From a virus: a DNA stretch of 46,615 nucleotides. A program made the translations under genes and the position numbers. Positions 42,033-46,615 of the stretch are shown here, one piece after another. The notes under the pieces are model-generated. The model had not been told where the DNA came from. It was given only the letters and a program-made list of their open reading frames with translations, and searched no databases. The DNA is taken from IMG/VR virus record IMGVR_UViG_3300029398_000003, one strand, 5' to 3'. Positions within the stretch are counted from its first letter, which is position 1. Each line of letters opens with the position of its first letter.

Positions 42033-42082
42033 GTAACAGCCATTACGGGCTATCGGAGAAATCCGGTAGCCCTTTTTCTTTT
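42033..42082 (+). terminator. Terminator-like element T1, homologous to 45781-45844
   Basis: gtaacagccattac gggctatcgg agaaat ccggtagccc tttttctttt. Confidence 0.6.
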
Positions 42083-42094
42083 CAGGAGGTCATT

Positions 42095-42451
42095 ATGAAA
42101 ATTGATGTACTGGGTACGAAATATAATCTGCGCCGGGTCAATTATAACCAGGACGAGTTCATGCGGAAGATGAACTATGGCGGCTACTGTGATAACAACA
42201 CCAAAGAGATCGTTATTCTCAATCTCAGAAGCACCCCGGATTGGGCTGAGGCTCAGGAAGAAGTCATTCAGCGTATGGAGAAATGTACTATCAGACATGA
42301 GTTGGTTCACGCTTTCCTCAATGAGTCCGGGTTACAGTGGAATAGCTTTGCCCCGGATAAAGCGTGGGCCAAAAACGAGGAAATGGTTGACTGGTTTGCC
42401 ATCCAGTTTCCGAAGATGTATGAAGCGTTCCGGCTTGCCGGAGGGATTTGA
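42095..42451 (+). CDS. HExxH-motif protein (putative zinc metallopeptidase-like)
   Basis: 118 aa with IRHELVHAF. Immediately upstream of terL. Confidence 0.35.
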   Translation: MKIDVLGTKYNLRRVNYNQDEFMRKMNYGGYCDNNTKEIVILNLRSTPDWAEAQEEVIQRMEKCTIRHELVHAFLNESGLQWNSFAPDKAWAKNEEMVDWFAIQFPKMYEAFRLAGGI

Positions 42452-42460
42452 GGTGATTTT

Positions 42461-44116
42461 ATGGATTATCGGAAACTGGCAGACAGTATTAAGCGGCATA
42501 TTGGGAATAAGCCAGAAGATCATGTCGCCTATATTGACCTGTTATCCCTTTGCCGCCAGTGGGAAGCGGAAGATTTTCAAGCGGCGCACGAGGTCAGTAA
42601 AGAGTTACGGGTTTTCTCGGCCAAGCAGTTACGCCGTACTTCTCCAAAAGAGGCAGAACATTTTTATGAGGCATGGAGGAAGAGCCTCTTGTTTGATGCT
42701 CCCCATAATTTTGACGCTTTTATGACTTATATTGAGCTTGACCGGAAGCCGGAAAAGCGGTTCTATGCTCCCCGGAGGCATTACCTGAAACCCATGGTGC
42801 AGGGGTTCCAAGATATTCTTGATAAAAAGCTGCGTCTTTTAACAATATCCATGCCGAAACGAGCGGGAAAGTCGCAAACAGGTATCAATTTTGTTAATAT
42901 GCTCTCTGGCAAATTCCCTGACCGCTCTACACTGATGGAGGGAACCGGAGATGACCTTGTGAAGAGCTTCTATAACGGGTGCTTAGAATATCTGATGGCT
43001 CCGAATGAGTATCTATTCTATGATGTATTCCCGGATGCCCGTCTGGTGCAGACCGGAGCGGACACAAAGATCATCAACCTCAAATCCAAGTCCCGGTTCC
43101 CTACTATCATGTGCCGTTCCATTGATGCCCGTCAGGTAGGTTTGTCCGAGGCTACGAATGTGCTTTATCTGGATGACTGTGTGGAGGGCCGTGAAGAGGC
43201 GAAGAACCGCCAGCGGCTTGATGATAAATGGGAAGTGATTTCTGGCGATATTATGGGCCGAGCCATTGAGGGTACGCCCATGGTATTCACTGGCACCCGA
43301 TACTCCATCTACGACCCTATTGGGCGTGTCCAGGAATATGCGGCACAGGAGAATTGGCCCTGGAGAGCCATTGAAATTCCGGCCCTTGATCTAATCACGG
43401 ACGAGAGTAATTATGAGTATGAGCGAGAGGGTCAGAAGATTTTTACCACGGCATATTTCCGGGAGCAGAGGGAACTTCTATCCGCCGAGCAGTTTGAGAG
43501 TGAGTTCCAGCAACAGCCTTTTGAGGCCAAGGGTCTTCTGTTCAATAAGGATGAATTGAATTATTTCTTTGAGCTGCCTCCTGACCGGGAGCCGGACACC
43601 ATCATTGCCGTAGGCGATACCGCCGAGAGTGGTTCGGACTCCACCTCTCTCCCGGTGGCCGTTATCTACGGCACCGAGGTTTATATTGTCGATGTGGTCT
43701 TTGATGACGCTCCCGCAGAGGTAACAAAACCGGAGTGTGCCAAATGCCTGATCTCCAACAAGGTCGCTTCTGCTACTTTTGAGGCCAACAATGCAGGTCA
43801 ATATTATGCCCGTGATGTGGCAGAAATCATTCGGCAGCAAGGGTACTCCATTGGTATCAGAACGAAGCGGACGATTTCAAATAAGCAGACTCGAATTGAA
43901 TTTGCCTCCGACAATATCAAGAAGAACTTCTATTTTAAGCACCCGTCCACTTACAAACGAGGCAGTCAGTATTGGAATTTCATGAAGGAGTTGACCACCT
44001 ATACCCGAAGCGGCAAGGTTCCGCATGATGACGCACCTGACTCCCTGGCTCTTCTGGAAAACGAAATTCGTATGCTGGCCGGAGGGAAAATCGAAATCTT
44101 CAAGCGGCCATGTTGA
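42461..44116 (+). CDS. terL: Terminase large subunit
   Basis: 551 aa with Walker A-like MPKRAGKS, LYLDD (Walker B-like) and a C-terminal nuclease region. Followed by the portal gene. Confidence 0.85.
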   Translation: MDYRKLADSIKRHIGNKPEDHVAYIDLLSLCRQWEAEDFQAAHEVSKELRVFSAKQLRRTSPKEAEHFYEAWRKSLLFDAPHNFDAFMTYIELDRKPEKRFYAPRRHYLKPMVQGFQDILDKKLRLLTISMPKRAGKSQTGINFVNMLSGKFPDRSTLMEGTGDDLVKSFYNGCLEYLMAPNEYLFYDVFPDARLVQTGADTKIINLKSKSRFPTIMCRSIDARQVGLSEATNVLYLDDCVEGREEAKNRQRLDDKWEVISGDIMGRAIEGTPMVFTGTRYSIYDPIGRVQEYAAQENWPWRAIEIPALDLITDESNYEYEREGQKIFTTAYFREQRELLSAEQFESEFQQQPFEAKGLLFNKDELNYFFELPPDREPDTIIAVGDTAESGSDSTSLPVAVIYGTEVYIVDVVFDDAPAEVTKPECAKCLISNKVASATFEANNAGQYYARDVAEIIRQQGYSIGIRTKRTISNKQTRIEFASDNIKKNFYFKHPSTYKRGSQYWNFMKELTTYTRSGKVPHDDAPDSLALLENEIRMLAGGKIEIFKRPC

Positions 44117-44154
44117 AAAACTAAATATCCAATGGTATTATAAAGAGTTATTCA

Positions 44155-44183
44155 TTGACAAGCATTGGATATTATGCTATCAT
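44155..44183 (+). promoter_or_regulatory. Sigma-70-type promoter between terL and portal (TTGACA-17-TATCAT)
   Basis: ttgaca agcattggatattatgc tatcat. An 11-bp inverted repeat (aatatccaatg at 44124-44134, cattggatatt at 44163-44173) brackets the -35. Confidence 0.5.
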
Positions 44184-44223
44184 GAAAGATGATAAAATGG
44201 CTCTTTGATAGGAGGTGACATGA

Positions 44224-45672
44224 ATGGGAGGCAGAGCGTTATTTGGCCGCAGGGTGATTTATACCGATGTGGCCGCAATCAACGATAATAACATCATTGA
44301 TGTTCTGCAAAAGGCCCTGTTCATTCACCTCATGAACCAGGCAGATATTAGTTATCTGTACCGATACTACAAGGGAGATCAGCCGGTTCTTTACCGGAAG
44401 AAAGAAGTTCGGCCTGAAATCAATAACAAAGTCGTTGAGAACCGAGCCAATGAAATCGTATCTTTCAAGGTTGGCTATCTGATGGGTGAGCCTGTCCAGT
44501 ATGTCAGTCGTGGGGATGACGAGAAAATTGCCAAGAAAATCACGCAGCTCAATGATTATGCTTTGTCTGAGGATAAGGCCGCAAAGGATAAGGAGCTGGC
44601 TGATTGGTCGCACATTTGTGGAACTTCCTACCGCATGGTTCTTCCCGATGGTACGGCTGATGTGGAAGAGGACGAAGCTCCGTTTGAGATTTTCACGCTT
44701 GACCCTCGCTATTCCTTTGTGGTCTATTCCACGGCCCTGGGCAATCCCGCCATGATGGGTGTTCAATATATCCTGAAAGACGATGGAGTGTTGGTCTTTA
44801 GCTGTTATACCGCCGACCACTATTATGAGGTGGAAAACACTTGGGCAATCAGGCGGAGCGAGGAACAGTATTTGGGTATTCCCATCATTGAGTACCCGGC
44901 AAACAAAGCCCGTTTGGGTGCTTTTGAAATCGTCCTCCCTCTTCTGGACGCAATCAACAATGTGGAGTCTAACCGACTGGACGGCGTAGAGCAGTTTGTT
45001 CAGGCTCTTATGCTTTTCCACAATGTCGATATTTCTTCTTCGGATTATCGTGATCTACGGGAAGAGGGCGCAATCAAGTACAAAGATATTGACCCTCAGT
45101 TTAAGGCCGAGATTGAGTACCTGACTGCTGAACTGAACCAGACGCAAACGCAGACCCTTGTAGACAGTATGTATAATACAGTTCTCACGATCTGCGGTAT
45201 GCCGAACCGAAATGGCGGTTCTTCCACCAGTGACACTGGTTCCGCCGTCATCATGCGAGATGGTTGGTCTGCGGCAGAAGCCAGAGCCAAGGACAGTGAA
45301 TTGATGTTCAAGAAGTCGGAGAAGGAGTTTTTGAAAATCCTTCTTCGCATCTGCGACAACCTGAGCGATCTGAGCTTGAAGCTCTCTGCTATTGAAATTC
45401 GTTTCACTCGCCGCAATTATGAGAATATCTCGGAAAAGGCCAATGTGCTGATTACCATGCTGAACAATCCTAAAATTGCTCCGGTTCTGGCCTTTATCCA
45501 TTGCGGAATGTTCTCTGACCCACAGGTTGCTTACAAAATGAGCATGGAGTATGCGGAAGAGCAGGAGAAAAAGGCGGTGGAGCTTGCCGTCAAGCAACAG
45601 AATAATAGGGAGGGTGAAAGGGATGAACCCGGTAGTGAACCTGACAGCAAAGGCAGTTCAGGAGATCAATGA
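44224..45672 (+). CDS. Portal protein (SPP1 gp6-like)
   Basis: 482 aa. Position after terL. Acidic C-terminal tail. Confidence 0.8.
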   Translation: MGGRALFGRRVIYTDVAAINDNNIIDVLQKALFIHLMNQADISYLYRYYKGDQPVLYRKKEVRPEINNKVVENRANEIVSFKVGYLMGEPVQYVSRGDDEKIAKKITQLNDYALSEDKAAKDKELADWSHICGTSYRMVLPDGTADVEEDEAPFEIFTLDPRYSFVVYSTALGNPAMMGVQYILKDDGVLVFSCYTADHYYEVENTWAIRRSEEQYLGIPIIEYPANKARLGAFEIVLPLLDAINNVESNRLDGVEQFVQALMLFHNVDISSSDYRDLREEGAIKYKDIDPQFKAEIEYLTAELNQTQTQTLVDSMYNTVLTICGMPNRNGGSSTSDTGSAVIMRDGWSAAEARAKDSELMFKKSEKEFLKILLRICDNLSDLSLKLSAIEIRFTRRNYENISEKANVLITMLNNPKIAPVLAFIHCGMFSDPQVAYKMSMEYAEEQEKKAVELAVKQQNNREGERDEPGSEPDSKGSSGDQ

Positions 45673-45778
45673 AATCCTCTCTCGTGGCAAGGGAGTAGAG
45701 ATTGCTGTGAGAAACGGCAAAGTGGTGGTTTGGGAAACCGCCAGCAAAAAGAAATATGAGGCCGTCATAGAGAGATGA
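45623..45778 (+). CDS. Hypothetical small protein
   Basis: ATG 45623 after agggtgaaagg. 51 aa. Overlaps the portal 3' end. Confidence 0.3.
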   Translation: MNPVVNLTAKAVQEINEILSRGKGVEIAVRNGKVVVWETASKKKYEAVIER

Positions 45779-45780
45779 CG

Positions 45781-45844
45781 GTAACAGCCACTACGGGCTA
45801 TCGGTAAGAGCGGAAACGCTTTTGCCGGTAGCTCTTTTTCTTTT
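45781..45844 (+). terminator. Terminator-like element T2, homologous to 42033-42082
   Basis: gtaacagccactac gggctatcgg ...agcggaaacgct... ccggtagctc tttttctttt. Confidence 0.5.
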
Positions 45845-45967
45845 GGTTTTAAGGCCGCAAGGCTTTGAATGGTCAGGGAAGACCTTAATCGCAAGGGGAG
45901 AAAACCCCACCAAAAACGGAAAATAGTGCTGAGTGAACAGCCTTGTTAAACGCAGGAGGTATTTGTT

Positions 45968-46564
45968 ATGGCAAAGATTGACACCAGCAAGATTGAGGGG
46001 TATGCGAACATGACCCCTGAGCAAAAGCTGGCCGCTCTGGAAGGGTTTGAGTACGAGGACAACTCCGCAGAGCTGGAAAAGCAGAAGAACGCTCTTTCCA
46101 AGGCCAATTCTGAGGCCGCTGAGTGGAAGCGGAAGCACAATGCTCTTTTGTCCGAAGAGGAAAAGAAGAAGCAGGAAGACGCTGACAAGCTGGCTCAGAT
46201 GGAACAGGAGCTTGCCGATCTCCGTAAGGGCAAGACCGTTTCCGAGTACAAAGCCAAGTTTGTAGCCCAGGGCTATGACGAGGCTCTAGCTGAGGAAACC
46301 GCTAAGGCCCTGGCTGACGGCGATAGTGCTAAGGTCTTTGCCAACCAGAGCAAATTCCTCGAAGAGTATGCGAAGAAGGTCAAAGCTGACGCAATCAAAA
46401 AGACCCCCAAGCCCGGTGCGGGTGCCGGTTCCGGCTCTGGCACCGAGGATGCCGTAGATTACGGCAAGAAGATCGAAGCGGCGCAAAAGAACGGTGATAT
46501 TACCGCTGTCGCCTACTATACACGCCTGAAAGCCCAGGCCGAGGCCGAGGCTAAGGGTGAATAA
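45968..46564 (+). CDS. Scaffolding protein (phage GP20-like)
   Basis: 198 aa, highly charged coiled coil (EKQKNALSKANSEAAEWKRK...). Directly upstream of the capsid gene across the junction. Confidence 0.7.
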   Translation: MAKIDTSKIEGYANMTPEQKLAALEGFEYEDNSAELEKQKNALSKANSEAAEWKRKHNALLSEEEKKKQEDADKLAQMEQELADLRKGKTVSEYKAKFVAQGYDEALAEETAKALADGDSAKVFANQSKFLEEYAKKVKADAIKKTPKPGAGAGSGSGTEDAVDYGKKIEAAQKNGDITAVAYYTRLKAQAEAEAKGE

Positions 46565-46615
46565 CCAGTAAAGGAGAGATTGATTTATGGCCGATACTCT
46601 GGCTACCAGTTTCGG
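46517..46615. repeat. Second copy of the 99-bp terminal overlap (identical to 1-99)
   Basis: Identical sequence. The ATG at 46587 duplicates the capsid start at 71. Confidence 0.95.

Noticed and set aside
46587-46615. Second capsid-gene start at the end of the window
   Set aside because: It is a duplicate created by the 99-bp terminal overlap, not a separate gene.
1-46615. tRNA, rRNA or CRISPR loci
   Set aside because: Intergenic regions are short, and those inspected (15530-15700, 19321-19597, 36661-36917, 37500-37831, 40169-40504, 42011-42094, 44117-44223, 45779-45967) show promoter, terminator and repeat structure but no cloverleaf-like arrangement. This was a by-eye check only; a tRNA scanner should confirm it.

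Overview
The window is a complete, circularly closed or permuted temperate siphovirus-type dsDNA phage genome. Bases 1-99 are identical to 46517-46615, so the unique length is 46516 bp. Almost all genes are on the + strand. The exception is a minus-strand lysogeny pair: a large serine integrase (17248-18903) and an XRE-type repressor (18937-19320).

Gene order:
- Head, connector and tail genes, including a tail-chaperone -1 frameshift, a 1380-aa tape measure and tail-tip proteins.
- A diversity-generating retroelement (DGR): target gene with VR1, avd, template repeat (TR), reverse transcriptase (RT).
- Lysis cassette, then the lysogeny switch.
- A long early/replication module: a second DGR target, RecU-like nuclease, SF2 helicase, sigma-like factor, C5-methyltransferase-like gene, family-B polymerase, radical SAM protein, ERF annealase, YqaJ exonuclease, MazG, ThyX, prim-pol, MazF-like toxin, SF3 helicase and a Mom/XF1762-like GNAT protein.
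- terS, a roughly 4.6-kb accessory island made of two promoter-to-terminator cassettes, then terL, portal and scaffold.

Strongest signals:
1. A DGR whose single TR matches two variable repeats 8.7 kb apart. Every mismatch (13 in VR1, 14 in VR2) falls at a TR adenine. One target lies in the tail module and one in the early operon. Both VRs are followed at identical 24-nt spacing by a GC hairpin with a GNRA loop.
2. The island that splits terS from terL. It carries uncharacterised small genes, an XRE regulator, a small serine recombinase and a glycine-zipper membrane protein.
3. Shared regulatory DNA: a ~74-bp element with a 29-bp perfect core upstream of both the holin gene and terS, ACTGAA-N4-TTCAGT palindromes in promoter spacers, and CGACTAT repeats phased at 21-23 bp after terS.
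4. Three genes broken at homopolymer tracts (C9, G9, T7). Each is repaired by removing one base.

Host assignment (probably a gut Firmicutes/Clostridia bacterium) is inference only. All protein-family calls come from motif recognition by eye; no database search was run.
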